In this document: positions 35,751 through 48,099 of the stretch, in pieces
Numbering within the stretch: position 1 is the first letter of the stretch
Layout of the letters: each line of letters begins with the position of its first letter
Origin: Eutreptiella sp. 'Long Island Sound 2002'
Taxonomy: Eukaryota > Protista > Euglenida
Length of the DNA: 64,000 nucleotides
Direction of reading: 5' to 3'
NCBI GenBank assembly: GCA_964036045.1
Contig: OZ038378.1
Location: 42,842,001 to 42,906,000, forward strand
The notes under the pieces: generated by a model
Databases searched by the model: none
What the model saw: only the letters and a program-made list of their open reading frames with translations
Told to the model about the DNA's origin: nothing
Made by a program: the position numbers and the translations under genes

Positions 35751-37439
35751 GTGAGGATGAAGGCCTGGCCGCTGCACCAGCACCAGCAACGACAACAATC
35801 ACGTGCTGACCACGACAACCAGTAAACAGGCCACAACAACCCATTAAAGCGACACATGAGTACGTTCCCGAGCAGCAAAGCACCAAATCAGCACGGATAG
35901 GCAATCAACATGGTGCTGTACTGGGTTGTGAGGACTTTCCTTGCTTGTATGCGCCTCGTGGTGTGTAAGCAAAACAGGCTTTTGTGGTTTGCAAGGCTTG
36001 CAAGGACCTGCAACGATTTTAGAGACTTTACTCTGGGATAGCTTGCTTTCTTGCTTGGAACTATTGTGTCACGGTGCAAGGCGGGAACTGGTGGATCAAG
36101 GTCCAGTACAGACCACTTGTCCAAGCAACCGCCACCAGCGTGTTTAGCGTGGCACTGGCCATTTCAAGGTAATACATCACGTTTTGGGACATCAAAGAGC
36201 CGTGTTGTGCGGGCAACCATTCATAGACAACGAAAGCCGTACCCCAACCACCCATTATGCGCGGTACAAAAGCAGACCTTGGGAAGAGCTTCATATCGCC
36301 TTGGTGCACTAGGAGAAGGGTTTCGAACGCCTCGTCGAGACCCAATGTACGAGCCAATTGGAGCCGCTGATAGTGTTGACATCAAAAATCATCGTTTCAT
36401 TGTTCGCTGAAAAAAGGACGCCACAAACTGTTGACTAGCGCCAACTACGGGTTTCCATGTCTGTTTTATATTGTGGGTAGTTATGTGGTTTCCGAAACAG
36501 ATTAAACACCTACGAGAACCATACGCGACAATCAATCTCCTCCTATGCCTCACAGAAATTTGCAAGATAACCACTGAAGGTTCAAAGCAGATCACCTATC
36601 TATCTTTGACGAATCCGAAACAAATCCCCAATGCCCAACAAAAGTTGTAGCCAACATAACCGTTGAAACGTTGTAAGCGCACTTGTCTACATGTCACAAG
36701 AATCCTGAAAAGATTTCTTGAGAGCGTGCAAAGCCACTCAAGGTTGAACCGATAAGATACATGGATAGGAGCGACACGCGAAAAAAAAACAAACCACCGC
36801 TCGTGCTAAACCGGCAGTTGCCGACTACTCAGGGGCCGTAGAAATCCGTACACACGAAAAAGGAAAGCAAATTCACTGCTCTCCCATGTCATTCCACATT
36901 GTTGGCCGCCATTGAGGACCCACCGCTTCATGGATCATGGACCACACTCGTCATTTCCGAGGATTTATGAGCGCGGTGTGTTCAAGTAATGGGGGACTGC
37001 ACAAACCGTCTTGGTATCTTCTCTGATCTGTCTCTGCGTTAACGAAGGCTCAAATTATCCACTCCAGTTTGTAGCAAAGCAAAGAGACATGCAAAGCACA
37101 AAACCAGGGTGGCCTGAGCTGTAGCTTTCTGCAGAGAAACAGACAGTCCGTATTGTGCAGGTATTGTGAGTCACAACAACAGACAACACTAGACTTCGAA
37201 AATCCAAAATCGTAAAGTCAACAGACAACACTAGACTTCGAAAATCCAAAATCGTAAAGTCAGAATGGCAGGTGGATAGACCTTCTTCTGACTCTTGGTC
37301 ACAGTGTAAACCATCACCAAGGCACACATTGCGCGGCTAGGAAGGGAGACAGGGATCTATGGGGGGGGGGGGGGGGGCTGAAGTGTGGGCAGGTGGCACA
37401 AGGCAGGGGTCGGACCCAGCAAATCAACCAGACGTGTTA

Positions 37440-40150
37440 CCAAACAGTCAACAGTTTGTCACAGACCACAGGTCAACAATTGGCGTCTGGTAGTCTGCCA
37501 TTAAGTGTGGCATCTGGCTGGCTGTGGTTTTCATCTGGATGCATTGTAGGCAGGAGGTACAGGATACAAGTTGGACCCAGAATGTCACCAGGCTGTCACC
37601 AAACCGTCACAGACCACAGGCCTTCAATTGGTGTCTGGTAACTTCCCCATTTAGTAAGGCATCTGGCTAATTGTGGTTTCCATCTGGATGTCGCATAGCC
37701 TTTGCGCACCATTTCCTGACAGATCACCTGGATGTTGTGCTGCAGGTCTGATGGCATGATTCGAAAGTACGTTGCCCATTTAGCCTGGGATGGTATCACC
37801 GCAAGATACGCAGAGCCTTAGCACAATGGCGGTCTGGATACTGATAGAGGCGCTGGTGATCCTTCGGAAATTTTTTGCTTTTGTCCGCAAGGGTCAAGGA
37901 AATTACAGGGACCTGTTGTACGGACTGAATATCCATATGGCACTGCAAGGAGTCCCAGGATGTGCCCTCACCTTCATCCTGCAGGTCTAAGTTATACATT
38001 CCCTCAAACGAGTGCTGCAAAGTACAGATATCCTGGCCCTCAAATTTCAAGCCCTGTAAATTATCACGGAACCGTACCGGCTGTGCAGGGAGGTGCAGAG
38101 GGTGCAGGCCTGTGTCAGGATTCAGTGCATATGGCCGCACCGTTTGATAAAACTTGTTTTCACGTTCTATACAGTACCCACAGGCCAGCGGTGCAGAGCA
38201 CGTGCCTCCAATGGCAACTCCGCGTAATTGGCGCACCAGGGTTGAACCCAGCAAGAAAACGTCATTGGCTTCTAAATCAAAACGCACAAATTGTTTCACA
38301 TCCTTGAAGGTGATGCGATGGAAGAGTTTAGGGTCTCCCCCCCTGCCCACCCGGTTGACATAGAACACCATGCTGTCACCTCTGGCTTTGCGTGTTTTGG
38401 TCATGGTTTCCCAGATGGAGTCATGGATAAATACAATCGCATCAAAAACAGAGGTTCTATTTAGTGAGGGAAACATATCCTTAACATCTAACTCCCAAAA
38501 CGATACGGCGAGGTCAGCGAAGCACTTGTGCTGGGAATGGGCTTGCAGCCGGACATTCCAATAGCGCACTGCGGACAACAAGTCTTTAGTGTGCGGCATT
38601 TCTAAACTACGCAAATACATAGGGCACAGGTTCACGAGCATCGTGAGGCAGTGGCCTATCAGTCTGCCACCGCATGGGGTGTCTGTAGTGGCTAAATAGG
38701 ATCCGCCACTTGAGTAAGTTGAGAAACTCATCACTCTTGTTCTTTGGTAGGCAGAACTGTGTAAAGTGCTTGATGCAATTAACCATGCAAACATGTAATT
38801 CTCAAAATTGACACACATACACGTGTGCACCAACGCGTCACTGCGAAATCAATCCGCAAGTTGTGGACTAGAATATTGGTGTCGAGTGGTTGTTGCACAT
38901 GTACCCGCTCATTAGTGGACCCACCAACCAAAGGCACTTTAAGAGACCCACCCCCATGTTTGGAGCCGGACCCAAGTCATAATAAGAGACCCACTTAGAA
39001 AAGTACACTTTAAGATGGGAAGAAAACGAAATGGCAAGAGAGCGGGGACGGAAAGTTGTTTTTGAGGAATGGGCTTCAACATGGACTATTGGCGCAAAGC
39101 GGTGGTTGTACATGTACCCGCTCAATAGTGGACCCACCAACCAAAGGCACTTTAGAAGACCCACCCCCATATTTAAGTTATGGATTCCAGTGTGGCTACT
39201 CCAGCAAGAATATGGATTTAAGAAGATCTAGGCTGGAAACGTTTCCGAAAAATTAAGAATGCAACTGTAGGTGAGGTTAGAGAACATCTAGGAATATAGG
39301 AGATCACAATATACCAAACAATTGTGAACATTTTGCCATTTGTGTTGAATTTGCACGCCAATGAGGGCTATCTATGACCACCAACATCGCCGTCGTTTTG
39401 TCTTCCCCATTCCCCATAACGTGTCATGCAAAGGACCATGTTGAAGCCTATTCTTCAAAAACAACTTTCTATCCCCACTCTCTTGTTCTTGCAGTTGCAA
39501 CTTTGTTGACGAGATCTAGCCAGACCCAAATGGAGCCGGACCAAATCATAATAAGAGACAACTTGGAAAAATACACTTCAAGATTTGAAAATCCATTGGA
39601 AAACCCTTTTTGTGGGTGATGGCGGCATCACTCGGTGACAACAGTCACCTTTGAAATACTGAAGAATGAAAGGCACAAGCATCAAGGTGGTTCTCTCCGG
39701 TTCATGTCTCGGAAGTGTGTGAGACGACACCATCCAAATTCAAAGTTGGAGTATCCGGTTGCAAATGTCAACGTGACCACCCTATTTCTTTGCCCCGTGA
39801 AAGGCTTGGCCTTCAAACCAGGAAGCTCGACTCACAAAACTCCCATATCACAGCTCTGCAGCCCGCACAAAACACGGCCCTCCGGCTGGGGCCTCCAACT
39901 TGACCTTCATGGCCCTCCGGCTGGGGCCTCCAACTTGACCTTCATGGCGTCCGTCTTTGGGCTGCGTCCGTCACTGGTGGACTTGAAGTTGTGCATGGCA
40001 AGCACAAGAGAGCGGTGTGTTCGTGGACATTTCTGAGTGAGTTTGAAGTGCGTAAAGCAATGGTGTTCACGCAACTGTGACAACTGTTTCTCTTGTGCCC
40101 TCACTGCTCCTCGCCCCCCAAGGGTTGACCCAGGTCTCTTAAATTACTGG
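37440..40150 (-). mobile_element. Penelope-like element (PLE): RT ORF 37796-38833 with flanking direct and inverted partial repeats
   Basis: ELDVKDMFPSL (38466-38488), RQLRGVAIGGTCSAPLA and RFRDN (38060-38073) match PLE RT motifs. The thumb continues at 37596-37799. There is a ~148-bp duplication at 37465-37700 and a repeat mosaic at 38870-39590. The boundaries are approximate. Confidence 0.8.
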
Positions 40151-40850
40151 CCCTGGATCTGGAAAAGTGCACTAGGTCTCCCTTGAACTTTTTGAGACCG
40201 ATTGTCGAACGGAGACAGTCTGCACCCAACGAGCCGACCTTGTTTTATTTTGATTTGCCTTGAAAGGGCACGCAAGAGAACAAAGTTAACCTTGACCAGC
40301 CAAAGCCCAAGCCAGAATGGTTGTCGTCATGATGTCCTGATGCAACAACACGGGTGCATTTGTTTTCCCAGAAATAATCGCACCTTCAATATTCCCACAA
40401 ATAATGCACTTCAAAAAAAATCAACACTTATCTGCGCGTGCGGCAAGCGCAGTTAGCGTAATGTTTGCCAACCGAAAGGCAACCACAAATGCCACACTTC
40501 CATAGCTGTCCAGGAACATCAATTGCAGTACCGTCACAATCTTGAAAATTCAAAATGTTTAGATACAGAAAATAACTTTCAATGGTGAAATCGCTCGGCG
40601 GAATGGGGTATGAAGTGTCATTGATTGAGCTGCATGCCGTACAAAAACATTATGCCGTTGTGGATAGTCCAACTGTTTCTTTGTGCTATTTTGAGCACGA
40701 TCGACATGCATGAAAAAAACACGGTAGCGCACCAACCGATGCCAACTCGGTTCGCGGATGCGGTGTAAACCTTGTAACCCATTTTGTCGAACCGCGACTA
40801 CTCCTTGTATCACTCGTCTCATAACCTCCAAAGGTGCCTTATGTGATGAC

Positions 40851-41150
40851 ATGGCGACCGGCGACAAAAAGAATGCAATTGAAAAACTCAAGCATGAGTT
40901 AGTGTCCATCAAATTTGATATTGAGAAGTCTTGGGATGTTGAAGCCGTGGCGTGTGGCGACCCGAGCACTTATATGATGTTTGCGCGATATGCCGTGCTC
41001 GGATTTTCTCGGTCTGTCTCTACGTATCTCACGATAAATAATTTAGTTGTCGATGCCCAAGCGGATTACGCGTTCATGAGCAACATCTTCCAGCTCTTAC
41101 GACGCGAGTTCAAAGTAAACATTTCGCTAAGTGCTGAGCAATTCTTCCAG
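40851..41150 (+). CDS. CEP44: CEP44-like centriolar protein, exon 1
   Basis: MATGDKKNAIEKLKHELVSIKFDIEKSWDVEAVACGDPSTYMMFARYAVLGFSRSV...DYAFMSNIFQLLRREFKVNISLSAEQFFQ|gt aligns by eye with the CEP44 N-terminal domain (MATGD...GDP...F...YKLLRDQF...QF). Confidence 0.88.
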
Positions 41151-42166
41151 GTTTCTCCCGTCTGCGCTTGCTTGACCCACAACTGCAAACGGATTGAGGC
41201 TAATCGTCTGCGATTCTTTCCTTGTGTGACATGGAGCGGCTACATTTGAATACAATGCGTATTAATGTGCGTCCCTTGCTCCATCATCAAGGCATTGTGT
41301 TGTGGCTTGTGACTTTGAATCTTCCGCGCTCTTTTTGAAGGCACTCGCGGCAACGCGTTCCGCTAATATATCATCACAGAAAATACGAGTGGCCAACTTG
41401 GTTCCACCACCGCATTCCCGACAAGCAAAAACATTGGGCCTAGGCGTGCATGACGTGAAGAAGTAGTGTACCACGAAGTTTTGTGAAGTCGAAGGCCGAC
41501 ACAGTCGCGCATGAGCCGAACTAAATGCCCAAACGAATAAGGCAAGCACATCGTCTGGGTTGTGTTTGGCATTTCTTGTGAGAAATTTTGACCATCGCTT
41601 GCACTGATGGTGCATGCCGCATTAGGCCTCAAGCATTTGTTCAGGGGGTAAACAATCACGGCAACACCCATGCGAAGGGGGCTTCCAATGTTGCACGTGG
41701 TTTGTTGGTGGCGTGCTCGTCGAGTGCCTTGGGTTTCCGCCAATTTGTCCCACATTGTTGTATTGGTTTTGTGAGTCGCGTGACGCTAACGAGGGCAATC
41801 TCAAAGGGATGATTGTCCGTTGGGATGGGATAAAAGTCATTGCGGGCCGCGTTTGTTGTGGACCCCCCTCCTAACCCTGCTCATTCCTTTTCTTCTCATC
41901 AGTTCTCAACTCATTAGGTCTTAACCCCCCCTCCTCCTCCCAGGCTTGTAAGCAACGGATCGGAAGGAAAGCGACCCCCCCCCCCCGCCCTGGAAGCACC
42001 CCCCCCCATTCCGTGCAACAATTGGTTGTGCTACCCTCAAATTGAGCAAGCAATATTTGAGCTATCTGCCTTCAGGCTTCGAGCGTGGGAACGACTTTGC
42101 TTGTCACATGTTGCTCCTCCTCCGTGGTTGCCCAGGATCGGGAGCCACCCTTTTGCTTTGTGGCAG

Positions 42167-42409
42167 GCCGGTTTCGTCGAGCATAAGGCACTTTTATGCC
42201 GAGACCTCATCAAAAATTGCAAGCGATTACACAACGAGTTGTACAAAAAGCGCAAGCAAGAGAGGGAGAAAGAGAAGGTCAAATCCGAAGGCAACATGGA
42301 GTCCCGTGAAATGGCATCCATTACGATGGGGGAGGTTCCGGTGGGGAGTGTCACGCGAGATCAAATCGCGATGCGCTCAAGCTACGACGGAGCCGACACG
42401 TTTCAACAA
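42167..42409 (+). CDS. CEP44: CEP44-like protein, exon 2
   Basis: tggcag|AGFVEHKALLCRDLIKNCKRLHNELYKKRK continues the domain in phase 0 (compare GFAEWKIQIVCDIL...KHKEL). The donor at 42410 is tentative. Confidence 0.8.
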
Positions 42410-43376
42410 GTATTGTTGTGCCATCCTACTTTTGCCGACTCCAACCGCCATTCCAACAACTTGTAGAGATACGCCACAAAGTGGGCTCTTTTCATAAGCT
42501 TGATGAATGAGTTTACACACTTTGGACTCTCCCTTGGTGCCTCATCATGGGTGGTATTGGTGGAGCAAAAGCCCATATGTCCGGTAGCATTCTGGGTTAC
42601 CATTTGATTTCCATGTCACCAACCCGCCATCATGGCGTTAAAACCGTCGCGTGCGCCTCAATGAAAGGTGGCCGAATCGTAGTCTTGTGCAATGTCCATG
42701 TGTGCTTGCCCGAAAATGCAACACATTTGGTGCATGTTAGTTGTCTTCGATCAAACCGACATTGATAGCCCTTGCGTCTGTGTTGCGCAATCTCAAACGG
42801 GGAGAGGCGTCATTGGCCATCATGTAACGGTTCAATCTCAACACACCACACGTGTGGTGCATCATGTGGTTTCTAGCAACCCGAGGCTTGCGCAGACCTG
42901 TGTGCTAGCCTGTGGGATTTTGGGCTTGCCCGGCAGCCCGATGGGATGTTGCTAGTTCTTGCTGCCGTGTTTCGCTTCGCTTGACCTCCGGCGGTGAGAT
43001 CAATGAGGCGGGGGGGGGGGGGGAGGAGGAGGAGCTGCCGGCGATCAGCGCGGGGCCCGTGCCAGCGGATAGCCGGGAAAGGGTGCCCACTCCCCGTGTC
43101 TCCACCACACGGATTGGGATGCAAGAGCACAGACTAGACTAGCCATGTCCATCCCGGGCGTAGGATGAATTGGGCGTGGTCTATTAGTCTCCAAACCAAC
43201 ACCCCTGCTGAACCGGGATACCTCGGCGACAGACCCAACCTGGGGCTGGAACCCTGGTCGAGCGGACGCATAGAGGCCCCCGCCCAGCATGGCGTCTCCA
43301 GGCGACTTGTCTGATCGTCGGACGCCGACGGTAGCTTGGTGACAGCTAGAGTCGCGCAAAACGGAGCTAAGCGTGC

Positions 43377-43760
43377 GTGTACCAAAGCGGGTCCCCACCG
43401 GATAGGTGTTGATGGGACGACTGCCCCATCTCCCGCTTGTAGATAGAGAGCAAAGCGTGCAAAGCGCAGGTGGTGTACCAAAGCGGGTCCCCACCGGATA
43501 GGTGTTCACGGGATGCCCGCCCAGCACCTGCTTGTAGATAGAGAGCAAAGCATGCTAAGTGCAGGTGGTGTACCAAAGCGGGTCCCCACCGGACAGGTGT
43601 TCACAGGATGCCCACCCCACCACCCGCTTGTAGATAGAGAGCAAAACGGGCAAAGCGCAGATGGTGTACCAAAGCGGGTCCCCACCGGCTAGGTGTTCAC
43701 GGGATGCCCACCCCACCATCCGCTCGTAGACAGACAAGAGCAAAGCTTGCAAAGCGCAGA
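43377..43760. repeat. ~96-bp tandem repeat x4 inside a GC-rich unclassified insertion (~43050-44200)
   Basis: gtgtaccaaagcgggtccccaccgg at 43377, 43473, 43568 and 43664. Confidence 0.9.
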
Positions 43761-44216
43761 TACCTGGGAAAGGGGACAACGTTCCCGCTTGCTGAGCTGA
43801 GGTGGACACGGGCTATCCACCGCCAGATCCCCGGTACGTAACGGGGGGGCAGCCTTGCTGCCGCGGCTTCGCTATGCTCAGCAGATCTTCATTCCCGGTA
43901 GGCCACCCGCCACGCCGTGATGCTGGGCACTAGAGCGATCGGGTCGCGGGCACGGGGGCTCTCTCCATCCGCTCCGTTCGCGCTGGGGAGACCCCACCAT
44001 GCCTCCACACCACGTCAAGGTGCCCGGCCCCGGGTTGGAGGGGGTGGAGGAGGGGGGGTTGGAGGTTGCCGGGCACCGGGCTCGACGTGTGGGTGTCGGC
44101 CCTAGTGCCTCCGTTCTGCATCCCTTGAGCTGCCCGTCTTGCGACCGCCTGTCTCCGAGGGCACCAAAGGACCCAAAAAGTGGGAAACAAACAAAGCTGC
44201 AATTTTAGGAATCAGT

Positions 44217-44452
44217 GCGTCCAGGGGAATCCGTCAGCCCATTTTGACGGTTTCCCCCAATAAAGTTGCCATGAAAAGGGGCTAGTCTATATTGCTGTAC
44301 CTGCGGTGGGCTCGAGTGATCCAACCCAAAACTGCGTCCTGGGGAATCCGTCATCCTGTCTTGCCGGTCCCCCCCCCCAATAAAGTTGCAATGAAAAGGG
44401 GCTAGTCTATGTTGCTGTACCTGCGGTGGGCTCGAGTGATCCAACCCAAAAC
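44217..44452. repeat. ~117-bp tandem duplication
   Basis: gcgtcc.ggggaatccgtca...ccaataaagttgc.atgaaaaggggctagtctat.ttgctgtacctgcggtgggctcgagtgatccaacccaaaac occurs twice. Confidence 0.9.
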
Positions 44453-44978
44453 GACAAGCACACCCCGTGCCCAAACACGGCAACTGCCAGTGTAATCCAG
44501 CTTTTGGTGCGGTTAATGGTTAACCAAGTGGAGTTGTGAAACACTAATTCTAGGATCCCGCCGAGCGGAGCAACGAGATGCCACTGGGGGCCAAACATCA
44601 GTATAATTGTATTACATCAGTATATAATCATGCAACGTTCACTTGACAGGCTTACCACGAGTCACAGAATTCATTGCTTCTTCTTTCGTATATCATCGGC
44701 ACCCAGAAAACATAATACAAACAAGGGACACAATATGCAGTCTCAAGCATTAGTTTAGGCCGACATAATACACCCACTCCCCATGGTCCTGAGCTTAGGA
44801 GGCCCATCCCCTGTATGAATGCTCGGCGTGCTGGTGACCATTGTCTGTGCATGATGCTGTCAGTTTGCTCCAGAAATCTGTCGTTGTCATCTGGCGGGTA
44901 GTTGTGAAAACCCTATCCATTGATGCGTGCGGTAGCAACCCACCCACACCATTTTCCGCTGCTGTCTTGGCCCTGCAG

Positions 44979-45329
44979 CAAACCCCGCAGAAGTCGTCAA
45001 TGCGGCACCACAACTTGTCACAGAGGCCGGCGTCTGTGGGCACCTCTGCAAGGTCTGGGGACTCCTCTGCAAGGGCCACGATGCCCATTGCCCACCAGCA
45101 TGGCCCGGCCGCCGCTCCGCCCCAAGGGACAGACGATGCACCCGCAAAGCCTCTGCATCAGAGCACACCGCAGACGGTTCCTGTGGCCCTCCAAACATCC
45201 CCCCCTGCAGCCGCGCCAGTGGTGCAGGGGGTGGACCCCAAGGAGTACCAACGCATGCTGATGCTCATTGACAGCCTGCAGCAGCGGGTGTCCACCCTGG
45301 AGCAAGTGGTTGAGACCCTGACGCAAGAA
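44979..45329 (+). CDS. CEP44: CEP44-like protein, probable exon 3 (linker plus coiled coil)
   Basis: ctgcag|QTPQKSS...VDPKEYQRMLMLIDSLQQRVSTLEQVVETLTQE|gtgagg, phase 0 at both ends, with coiled-coil periodicity. Confidence 0.65.
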
Positions 45330-45468
45330 GTGAGGCGGCAAGAACGGCCGCCGAGTTTGATTGCAGGTGCTGATAGTCACGTGTGCATGGAGTTGAACTT
45401 GCATGTCTTCCCAGAACCTGCCTGTCAGTATCAAGACTTTAGCAGCAAAGGGCCTGGTCAAGGAATGG

Positions 45469-45545
45469 GACGGGATGGGATGTGATGGGAGATGGAATGG
45501 GAATGGGAATGGGACTGGGAATGGGAATGGATGGATGGGATGGGA
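45469..45545. repeat. (GGGAT/GGGAAT)n microsatellite
   Basis: Direct reading. Confidence 0.85.
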
Positions 45546-47299
45546 TTTGGCGGGTGGAGGGGGTGGCGGGTTACTACGCAATTCAGTATCCCCAAAGAAT
45601 GTTTCACAAAATAAGTGAATAGCTTTGTTCTAATGTGCAGGTGGTGTGGGGAGGGCTCTTGGCAGAATACACAGGCGGCAACATGGCGACTGGGTACCCC
45701 TACTAGAGAGCATGGCAGAGATTTACCCAGCAAGACGTAATTTTAGAGAGGGTGGGCCAACATTCCAGAGATGCGTCCGGGGAAGAGGGGGGCCTGGGTG
45801 CTTGCCACCCTACTAATGTGCATGGTTAGTTGTATCCTTGCATTTGCTGCCGTGTGAGACATGGTGTGCCTGCAGACAGATTTTTCATAGACACTCACCC
45901 ACCCACGCAGATCCTGGAAAGTTCCAGCATGTATATAGGCTTGTATCACAGGGAAGTTCCACCTTCCCGCCCTGTCCGAGTATTTGGCTTAAACTGTGCG
46001 CCTCATTATACAAGGCACCAATCAGGCACCAGACCTCCCCCCCTCATGCGCCTCGTAAGCGCCAAACCCGGCCCCTTTGTGCGCCTCGGTAGCCCCCCCC
46101 CCTCTACCCCTGTTGTGCACCTCGTTAGCACTAAGCCCTCCCGCGTGCCAAACCTCCCAAATTGCGCTAAGCCCTCGCCCCTGCCCCTGTGCAGCTTCCT
46201 CTCTCGCTTCGCTCACTCGACGCCTGCCCACATGCGGCTTCCTCGGTTGCTTCGCTCGCTCGAGACCTGCCCCCATGCACCTTTCTCGCCCGCTTCGCTC
46301 GCTCGAGCGCCATGCCCATGTGCATGGGTAAACGACTTGGTGAACCTTTTTGGGCGGCCCCCGCTTCCCAAATATTGTCACTTCACGTCTACAGCATGCA
46401 AACAGTGTCTACAAATAGCAGATCGCGTCTAAAATGCGCGTCGACTGCGTCTACAGATTTCAGACTGCCATGCCCGTGTGCCAAACTCCCCCCCGCCCCC
46501 CCCCCCCCCCTCCTTTGTGCCCTGTGCCTCGGTAGCGCCGAACCCGGCCCCCATGTACTCCCTGGTAGTGCCAAACCCGGCCCCTGTGCGCGCCTTGTGA
46601 GTGCCGACCCCCCCCCCCCAACCTGCGTGAAACGAGGCGCGTAGTCTTGGCTGAACTATGCCCTATCCAGACCAGCACCAAAACAGAAAAAAGGTAGTAA
46701 GTGTGCGAGTGGGTGGGTGATTGCGTGGGTGAGCAGGCATGCCTCCTCACAGAGAGGTGCTGCAAGCCTTATTCTTCGATACTATGGAGGAATGCTGCCT
46801 GTAGCCACACCATCTATGATGACAAATCTAGCTGGTGCGATTTGATCTGATATGCAATGAATGCACAACAAGTAACTCATGATTGCCCCTGTACACTCTT
46901 AGTGCTTGTGAACATGGGAGTTTTCACGCGGAGGGTGCCCCCCCCAAAAAAAAAATGCCCACGAGCGGTCCGACCTTGGGGTGTCACTGGTCAACAACCC
47001 ATGCCCGCCTTGCCACTATTTTTTTTTGGTGGGAATACATTTTTCAAGGTTTTAGGACCCATCTTGGCCACAATTCCTCTAAACTTTCAAAACAAGGGCC
47101 ACAAAAGCAGGGTTCCAGCCTACTGTCCAGGCTGCTGCATAAAGGGACAGGTCTTGCTGGTCGTGCTGCAACAGGTCATCACTTTGAACACAAGTGAAAA
47201 CAGGCAGCATTGTGCATTTTAATACGGAGAAATCAAATATGCAAGAGGCACACCTCAACAAAACGATGCATTGAAGACATTGTCCAATTCGTGTCGTAG

Positions 47300-47386
47300 A
47301 TTATGAACCATCCCCCAAAACAAGCCAGATGCAACCCGTGGACCAACCGCCCCAAGGGGGTCAAGGCCCACCCTGCCCTGGACAAG
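47300..47386 (+). CDS. Tentative CEP44-like micro-exon (87 nt)
   Basis: tcgtag|IMNHPPKQARCNPWTNRPKGVKAHPALDK|gtgagt. Consensus donor and phase 0/0, but no homology support. Confidence 0.3.
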
Positions 47387-47439
47387 GTGAGTTCAATTCT
47401 GCCCTGTTTTCCATTTTTGCTCATCCGCCCGCTCACTCA

Positions 47440-47680
47440 GGCACCCACTCACTGACACACGGACTCACGCAATCAGTCGTTCACTCACCCACCCACACAC
47501 ACTCACGCACGCACCCATTCACTCACCCACCCACTGACCCATCCACTCACTCACAAACTCGCTCGCTCACTCAGTGACGCACCCAACCACTCACCCACTG
47601 ACTCATTCACTCAGTCGCACTCACTCACTCAATCACGCACCCGATTACCCGCTCAGTCATTCCCCGCGCGCACACACACA
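47440..47680. repeat. Degenerate (CACT)n low-complexity tract
   Basis: Direct reading. Confidence 0.75.
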
Positions 47681-47858
47681 GGCCAAATCCAGGCGAAGGC
47701 TCAATTTTTGGTGACTCTCCCACTTACGGAGCGAACAAAATTTCAGGTGCTGCATCTATAGGCGTACCCAGTCCTAAGACATGTGGCTATGCAGGTTTTA
47801 TCATCAGTCACAATTGTCTGACGGGCTAACATGGCCATGAGAACGGCAGTGCACGCAC

Positions 47859-48069
47859 GCAACTGGGACCTGCCAGTGGCGTGTTGGCAACAACCACGGG
47901 ACTTGGGGGGTTATTATCTGGGCACCACAGGAGATTATATGCTCTAGGTGCAATCCCAACACACACGCAACTGGAACCTGCCAGTGGCGTGTTGGCAACA
48001 ACCACGGGACTAGGGGGGTTATTATCTGGGAACCACAGGAGATTATATGCTCTAGGTGCAATCCCAACA
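47859..48069. repeat. 108-bp tandem duplication
   Basis: gcaactgg.acctgccagtggcgtgttggcaacaaccacgggact...ctctaggtgcaatcccaaca at 47859 and 47967. Confidence 0.9.
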
Positions 48070-48099
48070 TTTTTGTGCGCCTCCTAAAGCTAGGAGTGA

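Noticed and set aside
39655-39700. ctgaaga...gaaa as a minimal hammerhead ribozyme in the PLE
   Set aside because: I could not form helices I and III or a NUH cleavage site by eye. An Infernal search would be needed.
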